Positions 1 to 13,106 of a stretch of DNA of 64,000 bases are shown here, one piece after another. The notes under the pieces were generated by a model that saw only the letters and a program-made list of their open reading frames with translations, was not told where the DNA came from and did not search any database. The stretch comes from Octopus bimaculoides (taxonomy: Eukaryota): positions 92,134,341 through 92,198,340 of the forward strand of contig NC_068988.1 of assembly GCF_001194135.2 (NCBI RefSeq), in the 5' to 3' direction. Positions within the stretch are counted from its first letter, which is position 1. Every line of letters begins with the position of its first letter. The position numbers and the translations under genes were made by a program.

Positions 1-260
1 GTTTATTTATTTTTATTTTTCGAATAATATAAATAATATAAAACTAAATAGTCAGAATAAGAGAAGTATGTATTTCCGCCTTTGTGTAAAGGATCTGTGT
101 TTAATTGTCGAAGCGGAAGGTAGTATTGCGATTCGATTTCAAATCCTAGTTTGATCCTCTTACCCTCCTGTCAAAATGTTGAGTTGTATATAATGAATAC
201 GTGTATGTGTATATATGTGTGTGTGTGTGTGTGTGTGTAATATAACAGGAAATTACTCAC

Positions 261-560
261 AGATTCTGGTTAGTAAAATAAGAGCCAACGACCGAATGTC
301 TGATAGAATGTAATCTCAGCCGGTTGAAATGATGTTGTTTGTATGAGAACAGACACAGGGACAATGTTAGAGAAAGTGTGTGTGTGGGGGGGAGACGGAA
401 AGATAGTGTATGAGAGAGAGAGAGAGAAACACAGGGGCAGTGTGAAAGAGAGAAACAAAGACAACGTGAGAGAAATGGGGGTGACACAGGCACAGTGTGA
501 GGGAGAAAGAAACAGATCGACAGTATGCGATAGATGGTTGTCTGAAAACATACCTCTACT
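261..560 (-). other. Possible non-coding first exon / TSS region of a minus-strand gene leaving the window to the left
   Basis: Consensus donor on the minus strand (AATCT|GTGAGTAA; intron GT at 260-259), CpG-retaining unique sequence and an upstream CT-rich tract. No ORF support. Confidence 0.3.
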
Positions 561-994
561 TTTAGACTCTACGTTTTTACGACTTTTGCTTGCTTACCTT
601 GTCTAACATGTTTGTTCTCATATTCTCTATCTAGCTACCTATATGTCCATGTTATCTCACGTCAACACTTTCTTTATTTCAGTTTTCTGTATAATTTTCT
701 TGTAGTAAATTAACTAGATTTTCTGTTTCATTTTTACACGCATACATGCATACAGAAAGACAGACACACAGATAGATAGAATGATCGATCGATAGATAGA
801 TAGATAGATATAGGGTATTTGCTTCGGTCTGTCTCTTACCCAGTACATAGTTCTTCCTCATCGAGTTCCCCTGTCTCTCTTTCTGTGTAGCCAAAGTTGT
901 TTCCTCTTCATACTCCTCTCCTCCTCCGTTATTATTCATCATGTTCTATATTTTTAGATCTGATTTCTAACTATATTTCCTTCTTCTTTCCACC

Positions 995-1025
<31 letters not shown>

Positions 1026-1423
1026 NNNNNNNNNNNNNNNNNNNNNNNNNNNNNNNNNNNNNNNNNNNNNNNNNNNNNNNNNNNNNNNNNNNNNNNNNNN
1101 NNNNNNNNNNNNNNNNNNNNNNNNNNNNNNNNNNNNNNNNNNNNNNNNNNNNNNNNNNNNNNNNNNNNNNNNNNNNNNNNNNNNNNNNNNNNNNNNNNNN
1201 NNNNNNNNNNNNNNNNNNNNNNNNNNNNNNNNNNNNNNNNNNNNNNNNNNNNNNNNNNNNNNNNNNNNNNNNNNNNNNNNNNNNNNNNNNNNNNNNNNNN
1301 NNNNNNNNNNNNNNNNNNNNNNNNNNNNNNNNNNNNNNNNNNNNNNNNNNNNNNNNNNNNNNNNNNNNNNNNNNNNNNNNNNNNNNNNNNNNNNNNNNNN
1401 NNNNNNNNNNNNNNNNNNNNNNN

Positions 1424-1486
<63 letters not shown>

Positions 1487-1564
1487 GTATGTATATGTAC
1501 ATATTTATATATATGTATATATATATGTATGTATGTATATGTATATATTTTTATATATATATGT

Positions 1565-1618
<54 letters not shown>

Positions 1619-1702
1619 GTATATATACAAATTTATATATATATTTATTTGTATATATAATTATATATATTTTTATTAATATATATATATATTTATATAT
1701 AT

Positions 1703-1972
1703 ACTCTCTTTACTCTTTTCTCTTTTACTTTTATTCTATCGGTCGCTTTTGCCGAACGGCTAAGTATCGGTTGTCAAGCGATGTTGGGGGGACAAACACA
1801 CATATATATACATATATACGACGGGCTTCTTTCAGTTTCCGTCTACCAAATCCACTCACAAGGCTTTAGTCGGCCCGAGGCTATAGTTGAAGACACTTGC
1901 CAAAGGTGCCACGCAGTGGGACTGGACCCGGAACCATGTGGTTGGTAAGCAAGCTACTTACCACACAGTCAC
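1703..1972 (-). mobile_element. Abundant tRNA/CORE-type SINE (family A), young copy with two internal deletions
   Basis: Head gtgtggtaagtagcttgcttaccaaccacatggttccggg and CORE-like ggcaccttggcaagtgtcttc; matches 28586-28994. Confidence 0.85.
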
Positions 1973-1994
1973 TACATATTTTTATCTATATATA

Positions 1995-2525
1995 TATTTT
2001 ATTAATATTATTATTGTTATTGAGTGAGAGAGCAATGCATGTCATTAAAGTGACATTTGGGTACAAATATACAAAACCCAATATACCCATCATGACTATC
2101 TGCCCGTTACAGATACACCAAGTACATGCATCACAGCCATATGTGTGCAACATGGTGATCTCATATCGAGATAAACATTGCATGACCTTGCAGGTGGGAC
2201 CCAGTTAGAATTTTATTCAGGTCAAGTAGCCCATCCTGCTCAAAAGGTCTCTGAATAAGGTTTGTCTAAGGATAATGAATGAAACATGCATGTTTCCAGA
2301 GGTGAATTATTCAAACCCCAAAGAATTCCTCTCAACTCATGGCTATGATGCTCCTCCACTGCTCTTGCTTGTGATCAGATATATCATCAGGCACGAAGTG
2401 TCATGCCCAATGGGTGATGGTCAAGCAAATCTGTGGTATTGAGCAGAATATACCAAGACAAAACATGTTGAAAATAACACTTCTAATTATTTAGGATCAG
2501 AAGCCACGAGAACAGTTTGATTCAA
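1995..2525. repeat. Unclassified ~530-bp interspersed repeat
   Basis: Its 3' part (attcaaaccccaaaga...catggctatgatgctc...gcaaatctgtggtattgagcagaata) recurs at ~18480-18675 and ~62145-62340. Confidence 0.7.
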
Positions 2526-3722
2526 GCCTATCAACCTTTAAATTCTGTAGGCTTCTTACAGAAGCCTAGCTTGTTGATATATATATATAGANNNNNNNNN
2601 NNNNNNNNNNNNNNNNNNNNNNNNNNNNNNNNNNNNNNNNNNNNNNNNNNNNNNNNNNNNNNNNNNNNNNNNNNNNNNNNNNNNNNNNNNNNNNNNNNNN
2701 NNNNNNNNNNNNNNNNNNNNNNNNNNNNNNNNNNNNNNNNNNNNNNNNNNNNNNNNNNNNNNNNNNNNNNNNNNNNNNNNNNNNNNNNNNNNNNNNNNNN
2801 NNNNNNNNNNNNNNNNNNNNNNNNNNNNNNNNNNNNNNNNNNNNNNNNNNNNNNNNNNNNNNNNNNNNNNNNNNNNNNNNNNNNNNNNNNNNNNNNNNNN
2901 NNNNNNNNNNNNNNNNNNNNNNNNNNNNNNNNNNNNNNNNNNNCATGGGGAGCAATCTGCATAGAATATAGTATTGCATAATTTAGTAAGTTTTAAAACC
3001 TAATGAACTGAGATTATCCCATCAATTAGTTGATATATACTGCTTCTTGATATGTTCAAATTCTTTAAAAAAAAAACGAACAAGCAAGGGGGATAACTTG
3101 AAAAAGATCAGTTGATTGAAATTTTTAGACTATATAGACCAGTGGTTTCCAACCTTTTCACATGGTTCCCAATCCTTTTATTTGAATGAGTTTTCCCACG
3201 AACCCCTTTTAATATGCTTATCCTTATGTATGTATATAGATATATATATACATGAAATTTTGAATTTAGTTCACAGACCCCCCAGTACTACCTTTGCGGG
3301 CCACCAGTGGTCCGCAAACCCCATGTTGGAAACCACTGATAAGACAATGTTAATTGGTGTGATCTTTAAAGACAACATGTGAGAGCAACAGCTGTCTATA
3401 TTGCTATTGTCTATAGTCTATTCCTTTAATTATTTATTACTATATCAGGTTGGTTTACAATTATCTTACGAAGTAAATTAGTAGAATGAGTACAGTCTCA
3501 TACACGCTATCTGTTTTCTGTTATGTTCTGTTGTCAATCCCCACCAAGATGAATTTTGTTTCTCATCATACTCAGGCTAATAAAATTAGGTACTAGTGAG
3601 ATGTTGGAGTTGATTTGACTAATCCCTTCCCAACAGCGTGTAGAACTATACCTAAATCAAAATTCATTTCTATAAAAAAGGAATTTGTAATAAATAAAAT
3701 CCTTAATAAAAAACAAAGTGAA

Positions 3723-3945
3723 GGCACATGGCCTAGTGGTTAGTGTGTTACACTCACAGTCGCAAGATCATAGTTTCAATTCCCAGACTGGGTGGTGCAT
3801 TAATTTCTTGAGCTATACACTTCATTTCACATTACTTCAATCCGTTTAACTGTAAATGAATTACTATGCAACAGACGGGCTTACTTTTCAGGGGGAATAT
3901 TACAATCTCAGTCACTTATATTCTATGAATCCAAGAACTCATGAC
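3723..3945 (+). mobile_element. Old tRNA-headed CORE-like SINE
   Basis: A box tggcctagtgg, B-box-like gtttcaattcc, CORE-like ttcttgagc...cacttcatttcacatt; related copies at 37372-37615 and 47378-47715. Confidence 0.65.
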
Positions 3946-4251
3946 AGTGCTAACTAATAATAAAAAAAAAATAGTAAACTCACCAACAAAAAAAAAATGG
4001 TGATATCTAATGTTAGGAGGTTGAACCTTGTAAAAGAGATGAAGAAACCCCACAACAAAAGGACAAATTCAGTCAACCCATTCCTGCATGGATGCTAATG
4101 ATTAAATAAATAGGAGGGGTTAGTGTCAAGAACCCCTTTCGGCCTACATAGACCCTTAAACTTGCAGGCTTTAAAATAGTAAATATTTAGCTTCATTTTT
4201 TGGATGAATGGAAAATATGGTGAGTGAGAAAATACTGATCAAATTGTTTAA

Positions 4252-4457
4252 CTCTTTAGCAATTAAACTGGTCATATCCAGCCCAAATATTCTACCTATT
4301 TTATGTTCAAACCAACCAGATCCAGCCTCTCACACTTACCCTACAATGTCATTCTAAAAATAAACAATCACTTCATTAAAATCTCAAAGCTACGAGGTAA
4401 TGATTGATTAATTCAAAACATTGTGAATAAATAAGCATAATCTGAGTGATAAAGGGG
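4252..4457. mobile_element. piggyBac-type MITE, family P1
   Basis: TTAA at 4248-4251 and 4458-4461 with CTCTTT...AAAGGGG termini; homologous copies at 22899-23120 and ~17600-17816. Confidence 0.7.
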
Positions 4458-4461
4458 TTAA

Positions 4462-4681
4462 CCCCTTCGTTATCATTTATTCTGAAATATACTGCCTTCT
4501 TTTTAATTAATTTTGAAAATAATGAAGAATTTATTAAAATAACTTTGATTATTAAGCTGGTGTTTCAAACATATATCAACATAAAATTTTGATGGAAGGT
4601 TTTAATTCAGATCGCATTAAAACAGGAATTTGTCATATCATAGAACCAAGGGCAATTTTGGGCAGGTTAGGAGCAAAAGGG
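4462..4681. mobile_element. piggyBac-type MITE, family P2
   Basis: TTAA|CCCCTT...AAAAGGG|TTAA; homologous copies at 6480-6690, 24558-24762 and ~24350-24530. Confidence 0.75.
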
Positions 4682-6479
4682 TTAAAGCAGGATTCTTTTT
4701 TTTTTTTCGTCCATTAGAAATGGGGAAAAACATTGCTCTTAGCCCCTTTTCACCTGGTCTGAGACTGGTGGGTTGAAGAGAAGGAGAAAGTTACCCTCAA
4801 ACTGGATGCATTAACCAAAATGTTTACTACAAAATAGATTCTACTGAAGCCACTCAATGTACCAAGTGGTGGTGTTAAGCCAGGTAACAGATTAAAAACT
4901 GTCGTTGTAGAGTTAGTGCTGGATGTATAGAGTCAGTGAGAAAGAGATGTCGTTGCAGTAAGAGTTTAAGTAGTAGAAAAAGGACAACTCATAAAAGAAA
5001 CTATGGTATGAGCAGTATCCCACACACACAGTTTCAGATTTGTGAACTGTATACTCTGTATATTGATATAGGTTAGATCTGTATTCTGTAATGTGCTCTG
5101 CATTAAGAGTACAAATGACAAAATGGTGAAAAGTTAGTGGACAGTAAGCTGGGTCTGCAATTCACATTTTGTCACCAGCACCTCACCTTTAGAAGTTAAC
5201 CCTAGGTTGAATTACAACTGATAATGACCTTTGGATTTAACAAATGATTCATTAGCTTATATTCTTGAATTCAATCCCACCTAAAGGAGATTGACTCTTC
5301 ATATCCAGGAACAGATGTATCTTTTATTCACTCATCTCTGCATGAAACAAGATATGCACCAGCTTGGGAAAATAACTTACGGTTGAAGGTTTCTCAGTTT
5401 ACATCTGAGGAGGAAGTCTGGTCTTGTTTATGTGTAACCCTCATTGTTTTAGTGTCTTCTTTTCTATGCTTGTATGGATCAGACAGAATTTGTTGGGGCA
5501 GATTTTGTATGGCCAAATACCCTTCCTGTCATTTTAAGGTGACGATTTAGCACACACCTCTTTTATCATTATCCTTGATGATTTACTTTGAATATCAGTG
5601 GATACAATAAATTGTAAAGATCTTTTTTGTTTCTCCGAAGCACTGCTCATATGACTCATACTGATACTGATTTTGAACTACCAGCTAATTCTTTACATGA
5701 TGCACAATATCTCTTGATTTCCCTTTGAGATAGCAGCAAACTATGTTGAGCTCTACCTGAATAACTTAAGAAAGAATACATTCATCTGTGTCATCAGCAG
5801 AAGATACATTTACAAATTAAAATCTTAAGTGACAATTTTATGAACTGTGAGGATGATTTAAAATAGCTAGGCTCATGTGTAATGAAGTCAGAAAAGGATT
5901 TTCTCATTCCGAAGATCATGACATGGTTGCCTTGCAGTAAGACTGGTCAATGTTTGGACATCTGGTTTAAGCTGATCATTTAAAATCATTAGTTTCATTA
6001 AGTCAGTTCGCTCTTATATCTCAGAGACACTTCCCATAAGACTTCAAAAATGATAAGCTGGTAGCTTTGTTTGATTTATATGTAGAGTACAAAATCTTTT
6101 AAAGAAAACTTATCCAACACTAAAACAAATTTATGGGACTTTTCCTAGAGTACAATTTACTGGGCACTGCTCTGCAGTAAAAGATAACCTAAAGTCACCA
6201 TTTTTACTTTAGAGACCTTGATCAACTGGTGGAAAAAGTCATGAGCTCTCTATCCAGGTGTCATCCCTGGAAATTTGGGGTACATGGTGTGAGACTTTGA
6301 TGGGGTGATGCAGGTTAATGAATTTCAGACACAAATTTTGAAGTCTGTTTTGATGATGAGACATTAATATTATAAATATTCATATAAGGTTGAGCTCCAT
6401 CATGGCCTTAGCCATGCTGGCTAAAACAAAGCAAAGAACTAAATCTAAAAATTAGGACTGAAAAGTAAAATATATTTAA

Positions 6480-6690
6480 CCCTTTCACGATCATATTGCT
6501 ATTGAAATGCACTGTTAACAAAACAACTATCTTGTTCTAATTATTCAGCTGCTCTTTTGAACATAATTTGATGAAAGGTTCTTACATAAAATTGAGTTTT
6601 AATCTAAATAAAATTACATTAAAACAAGCTACATTCAATCATCATAGTGTTAGAGGTAGTCTCAGGTGGAATAATATCAAAAGGATTTCA
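6480..6690. mobile_element. piggyBac-type MITE P2, decayed
   Basis: ttaaccctttcacgatcatattgctattgaaat start shared with 24554. Confidence 0.55.
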
Positions 6691-7197
6691 AATGTTAATC
6701 CAATTTGGCACTTGTTCCCTAAAGCTAGGTAAAGTGCAGCAATGAGAACTAGGTATACAGTTGGGGTTGAACTTGAAACTTATGCATCCCATATTATATT
6801 CACATTATTATTTCAGTTCTACTGACCATAGTACAGCTGTTCAACTGAAAACACTAATTCTTATCTTCTCGTCTGTATTCTATTTTGTCCCTAACGAAGA
6901 TGTCATTTGAACTTCCATGAAACTATTCATTACTGAGGCAGTTCTTATTGGCATTGTTATCACTAGTATCATCATCTTCACCACCACCACCACCATTTCT
7001 TTTGTTAGTAGCACCACCACCACCACCACCACCACTATCACTATCTTCCCTATCTCATCACCATTCCAACCGTCATCGTCTATCATTTAGATCTACAGTG
7101 TTTTCTTCAGTTATTGTCTACAAACAATACTCTTGATCTATTTATGGTTACAAAAGTCCTGCTGAAGCACCAATCTTTCTACAATAAACTGTCAAGA

Positions 7198-7244
7198 TCA
7201 CGAAGTAATGCACTTCACATCATCACAGGCTGGATACAGACCAC
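7198..7244 (-). CDS. Candidate terminal coding exon, (x)GLYPACDDVKCITS*
   Basis: Strong minus-strand acceptor (TTTTTTTTTGTTTTTTTTTTGTACAG|G, AG at 7246-7245). The longest open frame gives 14 codons then TGA. No upstream exon proven. Confidence 0.3.
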
Positions 7245-7552
7245 CTGTACAAAAAAAAAAACAAAAAAAAACTGAATATGAAAGACAACCCAGACATGTA
7301 AAAGAGAGTTTGTTGCTGCAGCAGGCATCACCCTTCACAGTGCTTGCTACTACCTGCATTAATCAACTCATTAACTAACAAGTACAACCACAACACCCCT
7401 GGAACACTACTACAATGCCATATTTTCCACCCAGTCCAAGAACTATGATAAAACTTCCAGAACTTTGCTATAACACCATCTCTTATTCAGATCATCGCCT
7501 CTTCTGCCCAGTCCAGATGCTGCTATAACAACTCTCTCACCCAGCCCAAACA

Positions 7553-7790
7553 CTATCTTTTATCTTTTACTTGCCTCAGTTAATAGACTGTGGCCATGCT
7601 GGGGCATCACCTTGAAGGGTTTTAGTCAAACAAATCACCCCAGAACTTACTCTTTTAAGCCTGGTACTTATTCTGTCAGTCTCATTTGCTAAACTGCTAA
7701 GTTACAGGCATGTAAACATACCAACACCAGTTATCAAGCAGTGGTATGAGACAAACAGGAATACAAAGACACATGCACACATAGATATAT
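7553..7790 (-). mobile_element. SINE family A, 3' module (Nin-like tail)
   Basis: gtactta ttct...gctaagttacagg...gactgtggccatgctgggg matches the 3' half of 28586-28994. Confidence 0.75.
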
Positions 7791-7794
7791 ACCT

Positions 7795-8052
7795 CATCAT
7801 CATCATCATCATCATTGTTCTCGTCGTCATTTAATGTCCACTTTTCCATGCATTGGCAAGGGTTGGATGAAGTCTATTTGAGGCAAATTTTCTTCAGCCA
7901 GACGCCCTTCCTGTCACCTTTCCTCTTCTGTTTCCAAGCAAGGTAATATTTCCTCATGGTCAGACATGTTCTTTCAGGATATTGGAAATCAATGACACTA
8001 ACTGTATGAAAGTCACACCCATTTACAACTATCACGTGATATGAAGACAATA

Positions 8053-8124
<72 letters not shown>

Positions 8125-8134
8125 NNNNNNNNNN

Positions 8135-8199
<65 letters not shown>

Positions 8200-8372
8200 T
8201 ATATATATACAACAGGCTTCTCTCAGTTTCCATCTACCAAATCCATTCACAAGGCTTTGGTCGACTCAAGGCTACCGTAGAAGACATTTGCCTAAAGTGG
8301 CATGCAGTGGCACTGAACCTAGAACCATGTAGTTGGAAAGCAAGCTTCTTACCACACAGTCGTGCCTGCACT
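7795..8372 (-). mobile_element. SINE family A head + (TG)n + RTE-type tail
   Basis: Head 8372-8205, microsatellite with a 10-N gap, then a middle domain and gaagggcgtc...catggaaaagtggacattaaatg(GAT)n tail. Confidence 0.7.
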
Positions 8373-8816
8373 TATATATACATATACACACACACATATA
8401 CATATATCATTGTCAATCATGATGATGATTGATGATGCTATATGTATGTATATCCCTTACTTTTTATCTCTTTATTCACCAGTCCCGTTATCTAACTACA
8501 TATCTACCTACTCATAGATCCATCTGTCCTTCCATTTATCTATCCATCTGTCTGTCTATCTATCTCAGACACACCCAAAACATTACAATCTTTCATTTCA
8601 TGACACAAACTTATTTCATCCTGTAAACTTCATTGAACTGATTGCTGCTGACAAAAGACCATCCCTAATTTACTTTTTTATTGTCTGTTTGTGTTTCTAT
8701 AGAAGAGAGGTGTACTACAAAGTTTGCTTTACAACCATGTAATTCTTAATTCAGCCCCATATGTAACTGCTTATATACACACACACACACACATATATAT
8801 ATACTTATATAAATAC

Positions 8817-8857
<41 letters not shown>

Positions 8858-9084
8858 NNNNNNNNNNNNNNNNNNNNNNNNNNNNNNNNNNNNNNNNNNN
8901 NNNNNNNNNNNNNNNNNNNNNNNNNNNNNNNNNNNNNNNNNNNNNNNNNNNNNNNNTGCTTTACAACCATGTAATTCTTAATTCAGCCCCATATGTAACT
9001 GCTTATATACACACACACACACACATATATATATACTTATATAAATACATATATATATATATATATGTGTGTGTGTGTATGTAT

Positions 9085-9245
9085 GACAGGCTTCTTTAAG
9101 TTTCCATCTACCAAATCCACTCACAATGTTTTGGTTGGCCTGAGGCTATAGTAGAAGACACTTGCCCAAGGTGCCATGCAATGGGACTGAACCTTGAACT
9201 GTGTGGTTGGGAAGCAAGCTTCTTTCTAGATAGTCATACCTGCAC
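9085..9245 (-). mobile_element. SINE family A head
   Basis: Same head/CORE sequence as the other copies. Confidence 0.8.
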
Positions 9246-9399
9246 ATGTATGTGTATGCATGCATGTATATACATACATGCATATATGCATGTATGTATA
9301 TACATACATGCATATATGCATATACACATAAACTTTCACAATAAACATTGTTTCACCACAGTTCCAGAATTGATTTCACAGAATGGAATTTTGGGCAGG

Positions 9400-9660
9400 T
9401 GTCTCCTATGTTTTCTTGGCTTGGTTTCATGAACAAAGATTTACAGAGGGAAATCTCCACGTGTGCTGCAGGCTTGCCGACGCCTGACAAGTCCAATTCA
9501 GAACAATCAGACATGACTGCAGCGGCTGCATGGGAAAGTAGGCTGATCAGAGTTGTCATAGTGTCCTAGTTTGACCTCTTTTACTCTTTTGTCTGCAAAG
9601 ATGGTCCTGCAGGTGTCTTCAAAGATGACTGTTTCCCCAAGGATAGTGAGACACCAGACT
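9400..9660 (-). mobile_element. RTE/BovB-like LINE 3' end, decayed
   Basis: Translates to TIFADKRVKEVK...PTFPCSRCSHV*L.*IGLV (RTE C-terminal zinc-finger-like motif); shares gatagtgagacaccag and the 3' UTR with 18975-19520. Confidence 0.7.
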
Positions 9661-11094
9661 CATGGTTAGATATATATGTATGTACACACACACACACACA
9701 CACGCACACATATATTCTTTTTTTTATATTTGTGCATTAAGACTACTATTAGTTTCATGTTAAAGAATACCTCAATGATTACAAAGCCTATCACATGGAA
9801 ACACTTGTGTTCATCTCCATTTTGGATTAATTGATAATTGTTGAAGTGTTCCTTAACATGAAAGCAATGGTAGCCTTAATACACCAATAAAGAATCTTAA
9901 TCTATCAATGTAGTGTTGAGCACACATTCTCATTGTTTAATATTTACACACACACACACACACACATGCATGTGCGCACACACATACACACACACATTCA
10001 TTCATTCAGCTATTCATTCATCCATTCATGTGGACTGCAAGAATTGGTAGTCAAACAAAAATACCTTTTGGTGTTTCATTCTGCCACTGTTATAACCCTT
10101 TCCCCTATGTTGACATTGTTTTTCTTATGAAATCAATGAAATAAGCATTATACCAAAGTACTGTGGAATAAATATAATCAACTGAAAACTCTTAAATGTG
10201 GTGCCCCAGCATGGCCTCAGATTATTGACTGATACTAGTGAAAGAATAACAGAATTTATGAATCTATATAGCTATCTGTATGTCTGTCCACCTATCTCCT
10301 ACTTATCTATCTGTCTCAGTTTACCTCTTCAACCTACCCATCTTTCTCTCTATCTACTCATCTATATGCCTATTTACATTTTGGTATTTACCCATCTACT
10401 GCTCCTGTCTACTTTACTTTCACCATTTAACAATGATCACATCTGTTTCACTCAATAACTACTTTAAAAATCTATATTACAATTTTCTTTTCTTTTTTAT
10501 TTTTCACTAGTTTCTTCAATATTTGATATTCACTATATTGTTTTGACATTGTTTAACAATTAATTCCACAGAATTCTTATAGAAATCTTAATTAGATGCT
10601 GCTATATAAGACACATTTTCATCAAAAGTAACAGTTAGTACCTACTAAACATTATTATAGTCACTATTTTCTTCAGTGTTTTTTTGTTGTTTTTTACTTT
10701 CTTTATTTTTTATTACTTCTGTTATTTTTGATATGGTTAATCAGTCTAGTTCACTTTACGAAACATTCGTAGTTGCTAAGCTATGGACAGTTAATGTATT
10801 ATGGCTTATCAGTCTCAAACAAAATCATTTTAAAAGATTTTTATATAATCAAATATAACTTTTATATTGAGTAACGATATCATTTCAGACAGTGTTCTCA
10901 GAATCATTTGAATCCATCAACAGACATCTACAGTATTTTCAATATATTCATTTAAAGTACATGACTTCCTAAGGGTCATAGTCAGTTAAGTTGAAGAATG
11001 AAAGGTCAATTGACCTATAATGATTGTTATCTATGCTCTTGGGTTATGTTGTGAGCTTTCAATGGAGGTGGGGGTAACAAATGTAATATTAAGG

Positions 11095-11322
11095 AGGTGC
11101 ATGGTGGCAAGGTAGCAGAATAGTCAGCATGCTGGACAAAATGCTTAGCAGCATTCCATCCATCTTTATGTTCTGAGCTCAAATTCTCTCAAGGTTAACT
11201 TTGCTTTTCATCCTTTTGAGGTCAATAAAATAAGTACTAGTGGAGCACTGGGTTGATGTCATTGACTTACCTCTCCTCTAAAATTGCTGGCTTTGTACCA
11301 AAATCTGAAACCAATATTAAGA
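11095..11322 (+). mobile_element. Old Nin-domain-like tRNA SINE (family B)
   Basis: ggcagaatagtcagcatgctggacaaaatgcttagc...aactttgcttttcatcc...gtcaataaaataagtac. Confidence 0.7.
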
Positions 11323-13106
11323 ATGTACTGTGGGATGTCTTGGGTGCTTGGACGGGGTCATGATTTCCTTATTAATTAAAAATTTTAAACCAGTTTTTGT
11401 CTACCAAAGCTTGGATCAACCCAGGGCTGAAGAAGACATTTTTGTTCAAGCTGTCATATAATGTGTCTGAACCACACAGCCACAATTCTGCCTATACCTA
11501 AGAATTATATTAAGGATAAACATGTCTATGGGATACTCAGCCACCTAGAGAGTGATTCATTGACCATAAACCAATGTAGATATATAAACTTATTTTCACT
11601 GTGTGTTTTTGCGTGTATGTGTTGCTTTGTAATTAGGTGTGCTTGCATGTTTGTTTCAGTGTGTAAGAGATAATGCGTGCTTCTGTCTATGTATCTGTAA
11701 GTCAGCATGTGTGTGCTTGTGTATGTGTATGGTTAGATGAGACCAATAGTCTTACTCACATCGCTGCTGTATTCCTAATTAGTCTGACATCTTACAATAA
11801 CAGTATTTAAAAGAAACTGTGTTAAAATACTAAATACAGAATGAAGGTTGACCCTAATTTTAACAATTTACCTCAACCCTTCCACTTATCAGCCCTGTTA
11901 CAACATCTGATTCTTACATTGCCCAAGATTTGCCATTTCTAAAATGATTGTTACAGATATCACAGCTACTCCCACATAGAATTTACTGTAATTAAGATTG
12001 TTATTTTCTGTTTGTAAGTTAGTTGTTGTTGTTCTTCTTCTTCTGCCCTGGTTGAGCATATCTCTAACAAAATACATTCCAACAATGACTATCCTATCAT
12101 TTTCCTATGTTCAAGGAGTGCAAGACTACATTGTCCAGTGGGGTATGATCTGAGAGAGAGATTTGGCTGCTATTTCTAGCAGACTGAATGAAGCACACAA
12201 AGGCTCCTTTAGTAGTTCATGTAAGTTAGTGAGAGGAGCAGGAAAGACAATGTCCATAAGCACCATTCCCAAATTGATGAAGTTATTGTGGTTAATGTTA
12301 ATTCCTATGATATAGGCCAATATTTGTAAGAAAAATGTGGCTGAGTATGGAAGGAATTCCAGAGGATTGAAATTCCAAGAGAACAGGATTGAGGAAAAGG
12401 TGGTAAGTCTGGAAAGTGAGACATTGTAAACTTAATTATAGCAGGAGAGACTTGTAATTCAGGTCAGGTATTGGTGGAGAGGGTATGCATCTAGATGATT
12501 CAGTGTGGTGGGTACTTAATCAGAGGTGGTAGTGATAGGAGTGGAATATCGTCACTATGTATAAATGAAGGGTCTTGTTATTTAAGTTTTGGATAATTTT
12601 GAGGTCAGTCAGCTTGACAGTCTTTCCTTTTCTTGCAAAATATTCCACTGTGAATTATAATCCTTATATATTTCTGAGATTTTAGAATAGGTACACTGTT
12701 TTAGATGCAACTAAAAGGTCTGACAGTAGGAAAGGCATCTAACCATGCAACACAGCCTCAAAAAGTCCTTTTCAAGCAATGCCAGCATGGAAAAGTGCCC
12801 ATAAGAACAGTGGTGGTAGTGGTTGTGGTGGTGACACCGACAGCGGCAGCGGCAACTATAGCAGTGGTGATGATGATGATGATGATGATGATATTTCACT
12901 ATAGGTGTTTTGTTATGCTTCTGGTGTACTGTATTAGCTGTATGAAGAAGGTCACTCAGGGACATTGCCTTTCAACCTTCTGTGTTAATAAAACAAATTA
13001 TCAGTTTAAGTACTGGAGTCATTTTAATTATCTAAAGCATGCCCTTAAATGTATGGTCTTGTGCTTCTGTTAGAAATAATAATTATTTTATCTTACTACA
13101 GTAAAC

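Noticed and set aside
2290-2395. CTGATGA ... GAAAC on the minus strand of the unclassified repeat as a hammerhead
   Set aside because: The boxes are ~90 nt apart with no convincing stem II closure or stem I partner by eye.
8725-9064. Apparent ~110-bp direct duplication on both sides of the gap at 8858-8956
   Set aside because: Identical apart from microsatellite length and separated by a ~100-N gap; a typical unmerged contig or haplotype overlap artefact.
12317-12410. Open plus-strand segment ending in AAGGTG|GTAAGT as an exon
   Set aside because: The surrounding 12230-12600 reads better as an old LINE 3' relic on the minus strand, and the acceptor is weak.
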